Shown: piece by piece, positions 1 to 9,318 of the stretch | Layout of the letters: the number at the start of each line of letters is the position of its first letter | Numbering within the stretch: the stretch's first letter is position 1 | Source of the DNA: an uncultured Spirochaetota bacterium | GTDB taxonomy: Bacteria; Spirochaetota; Spirochaetia; SZUA-6; CAVTHK01 | Length of the DNA stretch: 16,970 bases | Reading direction: 5' to 3' | Assembly (NCBI GenBank): GCA_963734495.1 | Contig: CAVTHK010000014.1 | Coordinates: 1-16,970, forward strand | The notes under the pieces: generated by a model | Told to the model about the DNA's origin: nothing | Seen by the model: only the letters and a program-made list of their open reading frames with translations | Databases searched by the model: none | Program-made: the position numbers and the translations under genes

Positions 1-1029
1 GGCCAGTCCGCGCATGGCGCGCGCCATCGCCGCCCGGCGCTCCGGGTCGCCGAGCAGGCGGAGCACCGCGCCGGCGAGGTCCTCGGGCGCCGACCCGCGG
101 AACACTTCGGCCGCGCCCCTCGCCTCGAAATAGGCCGCGTTGCGGATCTGATCGCCGCGGCTCCCGGAGAGGCCCAACGGCACGAGCAGGGCGGGGGCGC
201 CGCTGGCGGCGAGCTCGGCGAGCGTGTTGGCCCCGGAACGGGCGACGACGAGGGCCGCAGCCGCCATCAGGTCGGGCAGCTCCTCCCGGACAAAGGCGAT
301 CGTCCGGTACCGCGCCGCGAGCGCCGGATCGGCGGGGGCGAAGTCGCGGGCGCCCGTCTGGTGGACGACCAGGCAGCGGCCGGCGAGCGACGGCAGCGCG
401 CCCCGCACCAGGCGATTGACGCTCTCGCTCCCGAGGCTCCCGCCCAGCACCAGCACGATCGGGACGTCCGGCGGCGCGTCGAGCGCGGCCCTCGCCCGGA
501 CCGCGTCGCCCCGGAAGAAGGCGGCGCGGACCGGGTTCCCCGCGGGCTGCACCCGGCCGCGGAGCGCGGGCGGGAACCATGCGGCGGTCTCGGCGAAGGA
601 GGTGAAGATGACGTCGGCGAAGCGCGCGTTGATGCGCGTCGCGAGGCCGGGGTCGGTGTCGGACTCGTGCGTCATGACCGGGATCCCGAGCATCCGGGCC
701 GCGACCACGGGCGGCACCGTCACGTAGCCGCCTTTCGAGAAGAGCAGCGCCGGCCGCTCGCGCAGAAGGACCGCGACCGCCGCGGCCACGCCGGCAAAGA
801 CCCTGAAGATGTCGAACACGTTCGCCGGCGACGCGTAGCGCCGCCATTTGCCCGACGGGATCGCGTGATAGCGGATGCCGGCCTGGGTCACGAGCCCGCG
901 CTCCATACCGGCACGCGAGCCGATCCAGCTCACCTCGACATCCGGCCCCAGCTCTCCGATGACGGCGAGCGCCGGATAGACGTGGCCGGCCGTCCCGCCT
1001 CCCGTGAACACGATCCTCCTGCTTGCCAA
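1..1029 (-). CDS. murG: UDP-N-acetylglucosamine--lipid I N-acetylglucosamine transferase MurG (3' end beyond window)
   Basis: Not in the ORF track; translated by hand. TTG start at 1029, 6 nt after GGAGGAG (1036-1042). Reads MASRRIVFTGGGTAGHVYPALAV...LFSKGGYVTVPPVVAARMLGIPVMTHESD...VLGGSLGS...RSGANTLAEL...RGDQIRNA, the MurG G-loop, HE and DQxxNA motifs. 343 codons lie in the window. Confidence 0.95.
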   Translation of the reverse strand, partial: MASRRIVFTGGGTAGHVYPALAVIGELGPDVEVSWIGSRAGMERGLVTQAGIRYHAIPSGKWRRYASPANVFDIFRVFAGVAAAVAVLLRERPALLFSKGGYVTVPPVVAARMLGIPVMTHESDTDPGLATRINARFADVIFTSFAETAAWFPPALRGRVQPAGNPVRAAFFRGDAVRARAALDAPPDVPIVLVLGGSLGSESVNRLVRGALPSLAGRCLVVHQTGARDFAPADPALAARYRTIAFVREELPDLMAAAALVVARSGANTLAELAASGAPALLVPLGLSGSRGDQIRNAAYFEARGAAEVFRGSAPEDLAGAVLRLLGDPERRAAMARAMRGLA

Positions 1030-1123
1030 GCGCTGCTCCTCCGGCGGGCCGGGCGCGCGCCGCCCCGGGATGCTCCCGCCCGGTGCTCGCCGCGCGTCCG
1101 CCTGACGGGATCACGGCCCGGTC

Positions 1124-1152
1124 ATCCTAACATGAGCCCCGCGGGCCATCAA
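1124..1152 (-). promoter_or_regulatory. Putative sigma70 promoter for murG
   Basis: Minus strand TTGATG (1147-1152), 17-bp spacer, TAGGAT (1124-1129) preceded by TGt (extended -10), in the tkt-murG gap. Confidence 0.6.
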
Positions 1153-1266
1153 CGCCGCAGCCTCCGCGCACCTCTGCGTGCCCAGTGGAACGGGGAACGG
1201 GAGTGCAGCCGGAAAGGGACGGATCAGGGCGCGCACGCGGCACGCGGTGCCGGACGCACGGCCCCC

Positions 1267-3243
1267 TTATCGCAGCTTGCCGATCTCGGCGATGACGTTC
1301 TCTTCGGTAAAGCCGAAGGCTCGGCCGACATCTTTGGCCGGGCCGGACTCGCCGAAGCGATCGATCGCGAGGATCCTGCCGCCCTCGCCCGCGATCCCCT
1401 CCCAGCCGAAGCTCACTCCGGCTTCGATGACGAGCCGCTTCGAGCCCGAGGGCAGCAGCGACCGCCGGAAGCCTTCGTCCTGCTTGAGGAAGAGATCGCG
1501 CGAGATCATGGAAACGACGCGGATGCCGCGGTCGCCCAGCTTTTCCGCGGCCTTGACCGCGAGCTCGACCTCGCTTCCCGTGGCCACGATCACGACCCGA
1601 GGGGCTCCCTGCGATTCCCGCACGACGTACGCGCCGCGGGTGATGGCCGACCGCCAGTCGGCGCCCGGCTTCGGCAGCACGGCCAGGTCCTGACGCGTGA
1701 GCGCGAGCGCGGTCGGCCCGTCCGTGCGCTCCAGCGCCATCTTCCAGGCCATCGCGGTCTCCTCGGCGTCCGCGGGACGCAGGACCACGAGGTTCGGTAT
1801 GACTCGCAGGCTGGCGAGCTGCTCCACCGGCTGGTGGGTCGGCCCGTCCTCGCCGACGTAGATCGAGTCGTGGGTGAAGATGTAGACGATCGGCAGCTTC
1901 ATGAGCGCCGCGAGGCGTATCGACGGCCTCATGTAGTCGGCGAACACCAGGAAGGTCGCGCCGTAGGGCCGCAGCCCTCCGTGCAGCGCCATCCCGTTCA
2001 CGACCGCGCCCATGGCGTGCTCTCGCACGCCGAAGTGCATGTTGCGCCCGCCCCACGCGCCCTTGCGGAAGTCCGGAGCGCCGCTCACGGCGCTCTTGTT
2101 GGAGGGCTCGAGGTCCGCGGAACCGCCGATGAGGTTCGGGACGATTTTCGCGAGGGCGTTGAGCACCTTTCCGCCCGCGTTCCGGGTCGCGGCCTTGCTG
2201 CCGACCTCGAACACCGGCAGGTCCTTGACGTCGATCCGCGGCTCCGCGTGCCAGAGCGCCCATTCCGTCGCGAGCTGAGGGTTCGCGGCGGACCAGTCGG
2301 CGAACAGCTTTTCCCAGTCCTGCCGCCGCTTCTCCCAGCTCCTGCGGCGTGACGCGAAGTACTCGACAGCGGCGGGCGCTACGTAGAAGGCGGCGTCCTC
2401 GGCCAGGCCGAGGGCCTTGCGGGTCGCCTTGACCTCATCCTCGCCGAGGGGCGCCCCGTGCGCTTCCGCGCTGCCGGCCTTGTGGGGCGATCCCTTCGCG
2501 ATGGTGCTTCTGAGCACGATCAGGCTCGGCCGATCGGGCTCCCCCCGGGCGGCCTGCACCATCCGGGCGATCTCCTCCAGGTCGTAGGCGTCGCCCGCCT
2601 GCACGTGCCAGTTGTAAGCCCGGTACCGGGCAGCGACGTCCTCGGTGAATGCGAGCTCGGTCGAGCCCTCGATGGTGATCCTGTTCGAGTCGTAGAAGAG
2701 GATGAGCTTGCCGAGGCCGAGGTGCCCCGCGAGCGAGGCGGACTCCGAGCTCACCCCTTCCATCATGCAGCCGTCCCCGGCGAGCACGTAGGTGTAGTGG
2801 TCGACGATCGCGTGCTTCGGGGTATTGAAGCGGGCGGCGAGCATGCGCTCCGCGATCGCCATACCCACGCCGTTTCCCACGCCCTGACCGAGCGGGCCCG
2901 TCGTGGTCTCGACTCCGGGCACCACGCCGCGTTCCGGATGACCGGGGGTGCGCGAGCCCAGCTGCCGGAACCGCTTGATCTCCGCCAGGGGCAGGTCGTA
3001 GCCCGACAGGTGCAGCAGCGAGTACAGGAGCATCGAGCCGTGCCCAGCGGAGAGCACGAAGCGATCCCGGTTCGGCCACAGAGGGGCGGAAGGATCGTGG
3101 CTCAGCAGCTCGCCGTACACGAGCGCTCCGAGCTCCGCCATCCCCATGGGCAGGCCGGGGTGCCCGGACTTGGCCGCCTGCACGGCGTCCATGGAGAGCG
3201 ACCGAATGGAAAGCGCGACCGCCTCGAGAGCCTTGGTGTCCAC
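1267..3243 (-). CDS. tkt: Transketolase (658 aa)
   Basis: [23 protein letters not shown], ThDP-binding GDGCMMEG...N, FGVREHAM and [16 protein letters not shown] motifs. GTG start with GGGGAGG upstream. Confidence 0.98.
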   Translation of the reverse strand: MDTKALEAVALSIRSLSMDAVQAAKSGHPGLPMGMAELGALVYGELLSHDPSAPLWPNRDRFVLSAGHGSMLLYSLLHLSGYDLPLAEIKRFRQLGSRTPGHPERGVVPGVETTTGPLGQGVGNGVGMAIAERMLAARFNTPKHAIVDHYTYVLAGDGCMMEGVSSESASLAGHLGLGKLILFYDSNRITIEGSTELAFTEDVAARYRAYNWHVQAGDAYDLEEIARMVQAARGEPDRPSLIVLRSTIAKGSPHKAGSAEAHGAPLGEDEVKATRKALGLAEDAAFYVAPAAVEYFASRRRSWEKRRQDWEKLFADWSAANPQLATEWALWHAEPRIDVKDLPVFEVGSKAATRNAGGKVLNALAKIVPNLIGGSADLEPSNKSAVSGAPDFRKGAWGGRNMHFGVREHAMGAVVNGMALHGGLRPYGATFLVFADYMRPSIRLAALMKLPIVYIFTHDSIYVGEDGPTHQPVEQLASLRVIPNLVVLRPADAEETAMAWKMALERTDGPTALALTRQDLAVLPKPGADWRSAITRGAYVVRESQGAPRVVIVATGSEVELAVKAAEKLGDRGIRVVSMISRDLFLKQDEGFRRSLLPSGSKRLVIEAGVSFGWEGIAGEGGRILAIDRFGESGPAKDVGRAFGFTEENVIAEIGKLR

Positions 3244-3280
3244 CTCTGACCTCCCCGTTTGCGCGCGCCTCGCGTCCGGG

Positions 3281-3329
3281 CCCGGCCATCAGGCCGGGTC
3301 GGCGCGCACGGCCGACCGCGCCCGTCCTA
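3281..3329 (-). repeat. GC-rich hairpins plus a stop-codon-anchored repeat after secF
   Basis: Inverted repeats cccggcc-atca-ggccggg (3281-3298) and ggtcggc-gcgcacg-gccgacc (3297-3317). Positions 3306-3329 match 6427-6450 at 21/24 nt. Confidence 0.5.
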
Positions 3330-4601
3330 CGCCCGCGCGGTTTCTCCCGCATGCGGCTGCGGCTGATGGCCGCCCCCCAGGCGGATGTCCCTCGCCTTCC
3401 GGCGCTTGTCCAGCATCTGCTGCCAGCTCATGACGACCGGCGCTGCGATGTAGATCGACGAGTAGGTGCCGACGACGAGCCCGACCGTGATCACGAGGGC
3501 GAAATCGCGGATCGTTCCCGCGCCGATGAAAAAGATCGTGAACACGGCGATCTGCGTCGTCAGGGAGGTGATGATCGTCCGGCTCAAGACCTGGGTGACG
3601 CTCGTGTCGACCACGAGGGCCCGGTCCGCCTGGGGCATCAGCCCGAAGTTCTCGCGTACGCGGTCGAAGACCACGATCGTGTCGTTGATCGAGTAGCCGA
3701 TGATCGTGAGGATGGCCGCCACCGTGGTCGAAGAGAACTCGATGTGGAAGGCCCCGACGAACGCCACCATCAGCACCGGGTCATGCACGGTCGCGAGAAT
3801 GGCGGCCGCGGCGTAGATGAACTTGAAGCGGAACGTGGCGTAGATCATGATCAGGATCAGGGCGACCAGGATGCTCCAGAACGCGGCTCTGATGAGCTCG
3901 CCGGAGAACGCGGCGTCGACGAAGCTGGTCTGGCGCAGCAGCACGTCGGAGCCGGGGAAGCGCTTCGTGAGGTTGTCGCTGATGGTCTTGTCGACCCGCG
4001 CCAGGTATTCGGCGCTGCCCTGCTCGCGGACCGCCGCGAGCTTGATCACGAACGCCTGGCTGTTCGGCTTGCCGACCGTCTGAAGGTCGAACTTGCCGAG
4101 CTCAGCCACAGCGTCGCGCACGGCCCCGATCGTCGCGTAGACCTTCTCGGTGTCCTCCAGCGTCCTGTTGAGCGCTGCCCCCTGCCCGGCAAGGTCGCTC
4201 GGGAAGCTCAGGGGGATCAACAGCGTCGACGGCAGCGTATCGGCCCCCTGCACCGTCTCGACCCGAACACCGTCGATCATGCGCAGCGCCGCGGCCAGAT
4301 CGGCGAGATGCGGGTAGTTCTTCAGCGGGAAGTCGAGCCTCTTCTCGTCGGCGCCCGGCTTCTGCATCCGCAGCGCCAGCGTGTCGCTCGCGAGCTCGAC
4401 CAGCGTCCGCCCCTGACCCTCGTAGCGCAGGGTGAGCGCCCTCGGCACCACCTGAAAGTCCTTGCTCACGCCGCCGGTGAAGTCGACGCTCCAGTTGAAG
4501 CCGCCGCGCAGCCAGGTGACGGCGAACCCTCCGACGATGCAGGTCAACGACAGCGCGAACATCCACCGGCGGATACGCGAGAAATGGATGATCTTCTTCA
4601 T
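3327..4601 (-). CDS. secF: Protein translocase subunit SecF (424 aa)
   Basis: SVDFTGG after TM1; GYSINDTIVVFDRVREN; SRTIITSLTT; GTYSSIYIA. ATG overlaps the secD TGA (ATGA at 4598-4601). Confidence 0.97.
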   Translation of the reverse strand: MKKIIHFSRIRRWMFALSLTCIVGGFAVTWLRGGFNWSVDFTGGVSKDFQVVPRALTLRYEGQGRTLVELASDTLALRMQKPGADEKRLDFPLKNYPHLADLAAALRMIDGVRVETVQGADTLPSTLLIPLSFPSDLAGQGAALNRTLEDTEKVYATIGAVRDAVAELGKFDLQTVGKPNSQAFVIKLAAVREQGSAEYLARVDKTISDNLTKRFPGSDVLLRQTSFVDAAFSGELIRAAFWSILVALILIMIYATFRFKFIYAAAAILATVHDPVLMVAFVGAFHIEFSSTTVAAILTIIGYSINDTIVVFDRVRENFGLMPQADRALVVDTSVTQVLSRTIITSLTTQIAVFTIFFIGAGTIRDFALVITVGLVVGTYSSIYIAAPVVMSWQQMLDKRRKARDIRLGGGHQPQPHAGETARA

Positions 4602-6349
4602 GATTGCGCCCGCCTCCAGGAGATCGTCATTCTGGTCGCCTTGAACGCGTCCGTGACGAAGTCAAAGACGAGGCGCGACACGAACAGAGCCGCGATCAGG
4701 GTCGTGATGATGCCGACGGCGAGCACGGTCGCGAAGCCCTTGATGGGCCCGCTTCCGAACTGCGCCAGCGACATCGCCGCGATGAATGTCGTGATCTGGG
4801 AGTCCATGATGGTCCAGAAGGCCTTGTGGAAGCCCGCCTCGATGCAGGCGGCCCTCGACTTGCCGAGCCGCTGCTCCTCCTTGATGCGTTCGAAGATGAT
4901 CACGTTGGCGTCGACTCCCATGCCCAGGTTCAGGACGAAGCCCGCGATGCCGGGGAGCGTCAAGGTGAAGTTGAAGACCGAGAGCACGGCCACCATGAGG
5001 AACATGTTCACGACCAGGGCGAAGCTCGCGACGAGGCCGGGGCCCCGATAGTAGATGATCATGAAGCCCATGACGAGCGCGAGAGCCGCGACGATCGCCG
5101 TCTCCCCCTGCCTGATGGAATCCTCGCCCAGGGAGGCTCCCACCGCCTCCTGGCTGTTGATGTTGACGGGGACGGGGAGCGCTCCCGTCTTGAGCACCAG
5201 CGCGAGGTCCGTCGCCTCGGCCGTGCCGAACCCGGTGACGCGCACGTCCTGCCTGATCGCGTCCTGGATCGTGGCCTGGGCCTTGACGTTGTTGTCGAGC
5301 ACCACCGCCATGACCTTGCCCCGGTTGTCGCTCGTGAGCTTGTAAAAGATGTCGCCGCCCTGGCCGTCGAGCCTGAAAATGACCTCGGGACGGTTCGTCA
5401 GCGGGTCCTGCCGCACCGACGCCTCCTGGACCCGCTCGCCGTCGAGGCCGGGCTTGGCCTGCAGCACCGCGTAGCCGACCGGCTGGTCGATTCCGAAGGT
5501 GTCCTTCTGCACGACCCTCCTCAGAATCACGTCGTTGCCGAGAAGCGCCTTGAGCGCCGGGTTGGCGATCGTCGTGCCGTCGGCGTCGAGATAGGGCGGA
5601 GGGTTGCCCTGCTGGAACTGGATGAACTTGGCGAGCCCTTCCTGGTCGGCGATGTAGAACGCGAGTCGTCCCTTTCCGACGATGACGCGCCGGATGCGCT
5701 CGGGGTCCGCCGCGCCCGGCATCTCGACGAGGATGCGGTCGCTGGTGGGGCCGCCCTCGCGTCGAATCACCGGCTCGCTCACGCCGAACTGGTCGATCCG
5801 GTTGTTGAGTATCTCGAGAACGCCCTTGACCGCGTCGTCCTTCTCCTTGGCGGTGAGGGGGCGGCCCTTGACCTGCTCGGCCGCCGGAAAGTCGGCCTTG
5901 AGGCTGACCCTCATGCCGCCCTGCAGGTCGAGGCCGAGAGTGATGATGCGGTTCCGCACGTCCTTCACGTTCTCGATCTCGTCGCGGAAGCGGCTGGTGA
6001 GCGCGTCGACGACCTCCGTCTCCTTGTAGGTGTCCGCTATGTCCTTGACCGTCCACGTCTGGGGAAAGGCCTTGTGCTCGACGCGGTAGCGCTGCTTGAT
6101 CTTGTCAGCGAGGAACGCCAGGTCCTCCGGGACGGGGGTGGCAGGGTCTTTCGCGAGCAAGCTCTTGAGCTCCTGGATCCTGTCCGCCGCGTGGCGCAGC
6201 GCCCACTCGCGGATCTCGAATCGGCTGCCTGTGGCGAGCTGCTTGTCCTCGGGCGGGATGAACCAGTACCAGCGGATGGTGGGCCAGAGGAACGCAACGG
6301 CAACTGCCAGCATCGCCAGCACCAGAAGAAAACGGTATCGCTTGCTCAT
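4598..6349 (-). CDS. secD: Protein translocase subunit SecD (583 aa)
   Basis: LGLDLQGG, NRIDQFGVSEP, TLPGIAGFVLNLGMGVDANVIIFERIKEE, GPIKGFA. Start reassigned to ATG 6349 (MSKRYRFLL, followed by TM1; GGAG at 6360-6363) because the track's upstream extension overlaps yajC. Confidence 0.97.
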   Translation of the reverse strand: MSKRYRFLLVLAMLAVAVAFLWPTIRWYWFIPPEDKQLATGSRFEIREWALRHAADRIQELKSLLAKDPATPVPEDLAFLADKIKQRYRVEHKAFPQTWTVKDIADTYKETEVVDALTSRFRDEIENVKDVRNRIITLGLDLQGGMRVSLKADFPAAEQVKGRPLTAKEKDDAVKGVLEILNNRIDQFGVSEPVIRREGGPTSDRILVEMPGAADPERIRRVIVGKGRLAFYIADQEGLAKFIQFQQGNPPPYLDADGTTIANPALKALLGNDVILRRVVQKDTFGIDQPVGYAVLQAKPGLDGERVQEASVRQDPLTNRPEVIFRLDGQGGDIFYKLTSDNRGKVMAVVLDNNVKAQATIQDAIRQDVRVTGFGTAEATDLALVLKTGALPVPVNINSQEAVGASLGEDSIRQGETAIVAALALVMGFMIIYYRGPGLVASFALVVNMFLMVAVLSVFNFTLTLPGIAGFVLNLGMGVDANVIIFERIKEEQRLGKSRAACIEAGFHKAFWTIMDSQITTFIAAMSLAQFGSGPIKGFATVLAVGIITTLIAALFVSRLVFDFVTDAFKATRMTISWRRAQS

Positions 6350-6394
6350 GGAACTCTCACTCCGTGACTTGTTCGGGCGGGGGCGCGGGGGGAA

Positions 6395-6443
6395 GCCGGA
6401 TGGGCGCGGCGGGCCGCGCCGGATGGGCACGGCGGACCGCGCC
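6395..6443 (-). repeat. 23-bp imperfect tandem duplication of a hairpin between yajC and secD
   Basis: gccggatgggcgcggcgggccgc (6395-6417) and gccggatgggcacggcggaccgc (6418-6440), 21/23 identical. On the mRNA strand each gives a stem-loop (GGCGCGG-CCCG-CCGCGCC; GGGCGCGG-UCCG-CCGUGCCC). Confidence 0.75.
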
Positions 6444-6447
6444 CGAG

Positions 6448-6837
6448 CTAGTTGCTCTTCGACTTGTCCTCGGTCTCGCTCGGCTTGGCCTCTTTGACGT
6501 CCTCGGAAGCATCCTTCGAGCCGTTCTTCGAGACCTGCGGCCGGATCACCGAGGCGATGGCGCTCTTGTTGAACTCGATCTTCACGTCTTCGTCGACCTT
6601 GAGCACGATCGCGTCGTCCCTCACGGCCTGCACCGTACCCCTCATGCCGCCGATGGTCACGACGCGGTCGTTCTTCTTGACCGCATCGAGCATGGCCTTG
6701 GTCTCTTTCTGCTTCTTGTTCTGCGGCCGGATGATGAGGAAGTAGAAGACGAGGATGATCAGTGCGAACGGGATGAGCATGCTCACGAGTTGGCCCGTGC
6801 CTGCCCCGTCCTGCAGAATGGGCATTAACTGAAACAA
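6448..6837 (-). CDS. yajC: Preprotein translocase subunit YajC
   Basis: Single TM segment followed by FYFLIIRPQNKKQK and KNDRVVTIGGMRGTV; directly upstream of secD. TTG at 6837 follows GGAGGA (6842-6847). ATG 6849 and ATG 6825 are in-frame alternatives. Confidence 0.95.
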   Translation of the reverse strand: MFQLMPILQDGAGTGQLVSMLIPFALIILVFYFLIIRPQNKKQKETKAMLDAVKKNDRVVTIGGMRGTVQAVRDDAIVLKVDEDVKIEFNKSAIASVIRPQVSKNGSKDASEDVKEAKPSETEDKSKSN

Positions 6838-6874
6838 GGATTCCTCCATTCTCGCGTGGGAAAACTGCGTCGGT

Positions 6875-6904
6875 AACGTAGCACACAGCCGCGCGAAAGG
6901 TCAA
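6875..6904 (-). promoter_or_regulatory. Putative sigma70 promoter for yajC-secD-secF(-tkt)
   Basis: TTGACC (6899-6904), 18-bp spacer, TACGTT (6875-6880) preceded by TGc (extended -10). Confidence 0.65.
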
Positions 6905-6963
6905 CCTTGGCTTCGCCAGGCAACGCCTTGGCTTCGCCAGGCAACGCCTTGGCTTCGCCAGGC
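6905..6963. repeat. Perfect 21-bp tandem repeat (2.8 copies) of a palindromic unit
   Basis: Unit CCTTGGCTTCGCCAGGCAACG at 6905-6925 and 6926-6946, with a partial copy at 6947-6963. Each copy contains the inverted repeat TGGC-TTC-GCCA, extendable past a 1-nt bulge. Confidence 0.95.
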
Positions 6964-6981
6964 TTTGCGGGGCGCCGAGCC

Positions 6982-7296
6982 TCAGATCACCTGGACTTTG
7001 ACAGGCGGCGCATCAGCCGAGGCTCCCTTGAGGACCTGCAGGGGCACCCCGAACAGCCTCACCAGGTCCTCGCGGGTCCGCAGCGCGCCGCCCGAAGCCC
7101 TGTTGAACGCCTCGATCACCTGCTGCACGGCCGCCTCGTCGTCATCCCACACCGCGGCGCATGCGGCGGGGCGATAGTGTCCGGCCGCCAGCAGGTCCGC
7201 GACTGTCGCCCGCCCGTAGCGCCGCCGCATCTCACCGTCGACGACCGCGGCCGCGCCGTCGAACCCCACGGTGAACATGAAGTCTTCGCGCTTCAT
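6982..7296 (-). CDS. Hypothetical protein (104 aa)
   Basis: Fills the gap between groEL and yajC on the same strand, with GC3-rich codons. ATG 7296 (MKREDFMFTVGFDG) follows a G-run at 7300-7305. The track's TTG 7311 start lies inside the terminator U-tract. Confidence 0.8.
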   Translation of the reverse strand: MKREDFMFTVGFDGAAAVVDGEMRRRYGRATVADLLAAGHYRPAACAAVWDDDEAAVQQVIEAFNRASGGALRTREDLVRLFGVPLQVLKGASADAPPVKVQVI

Positions 7297-7309
7297 GATC
7301 CCCCCATGC

Positions 7310-7342
7310 AAAAAGGGGGAGCCCCTCGAGGAAGCTCCCCCT
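7310..7342 (-). terminator. Rho-independent terminator of groEL
   Basis: Minus strand GGGGGAGC-(11 nt)-GCTCCCCC followed by TTTTT (7310-7314), about 20 nt after the groEL stop. Confidence 0.85.
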
Positions 7343-7360
7343 GACTGATCGGCAGCGACC

Positions 7361-9070
<1,710 letters not shown>

Positions 9071-9107
9071 TTATGGGTAGAGTGAAGCGCCCTTGCGCTT
9101 TGTGGCA

Positions 9108-9136
9108 AGAATAACAATTCTTTACACACGCATCAA
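9108..9136 (-). promoter_or_regulatory. Putative sigma70 promoter for groEL
   Basis: TTGATG (9131-9136), 17-bp AT-rich spacer, TATTCT (9108-9113) preceded by TGt. A/T tracts at 9149-9153 and 9159-9161 lie upstream. Confidence 0.75.
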
Positions 9137-9210
9137 GGGGCTGGCCCGAAAAACCCTGAAACGGACCGGTCTAGGGTCGACCCGCCGCCGCACCCCAGAG
9201 AACCCGAGCG

Positions 9211-9252
9211 GGGCTCGCCAGGGCCGCCAAGGGCGCGCAAGGACCGCAAAGG
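9211..9252 (+). repeat. Degenerate 10-bp-period direct repeat array
   Basis: gggctcgcca/gggccgccaa/gggcgcgcaa/ggaccgcaaa/gg, with AGG starting at exactly 9220, 9230, 9240 and 9250. Confidence 0.55.
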
Positions 9253-9260
9253 TTCGATGT

Positions 9261-9289
9261 TTGACACCCCCGGGGTGGCGTGTTAGAGT
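9261..9289 (+). promoter_or_regulatory. Putative sigma70 promoter for the plus-strand orphan gene
   Basis: Consensus TTGACA (9261-9266), 17-bp spacer, TAGAGT (9284-9289) preceded by TGt. Confidence 0.75.
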
Positions 9290-9318
9290 CGCGCAACTCG
9301 GCACGATTCGGCTTCGCG

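Noticed and set aside
1153..1266. Possible ncRNA or riboswitch in the tkt-murG gap (7-bp tandem pairs ggaacgg and gcacgcg, small hairpins)
   Set aside because: I recognise no RNA family motif, and such short repeats are expected by chance at this GC content. An Infernal/Rfam scan would settle it.
6905..6963. 21-bp palindromic repeats ending in CAAC(G) as a CRISPR array
   Set aside because: The units are directly adjacent with no unique spacers, and there are no cas genes in the window.
6982..7296. 104-aa gene as groES
   Set aside because: It has the right size and position but none of the GroES motifs.
6907..7344. Plus-strand ORF with ASPGNAL peptide repeats
   Set aside because: It is a translation of the DNA tandem repeat plus the antisense of the 104-aa gene, with no SD or promoter.
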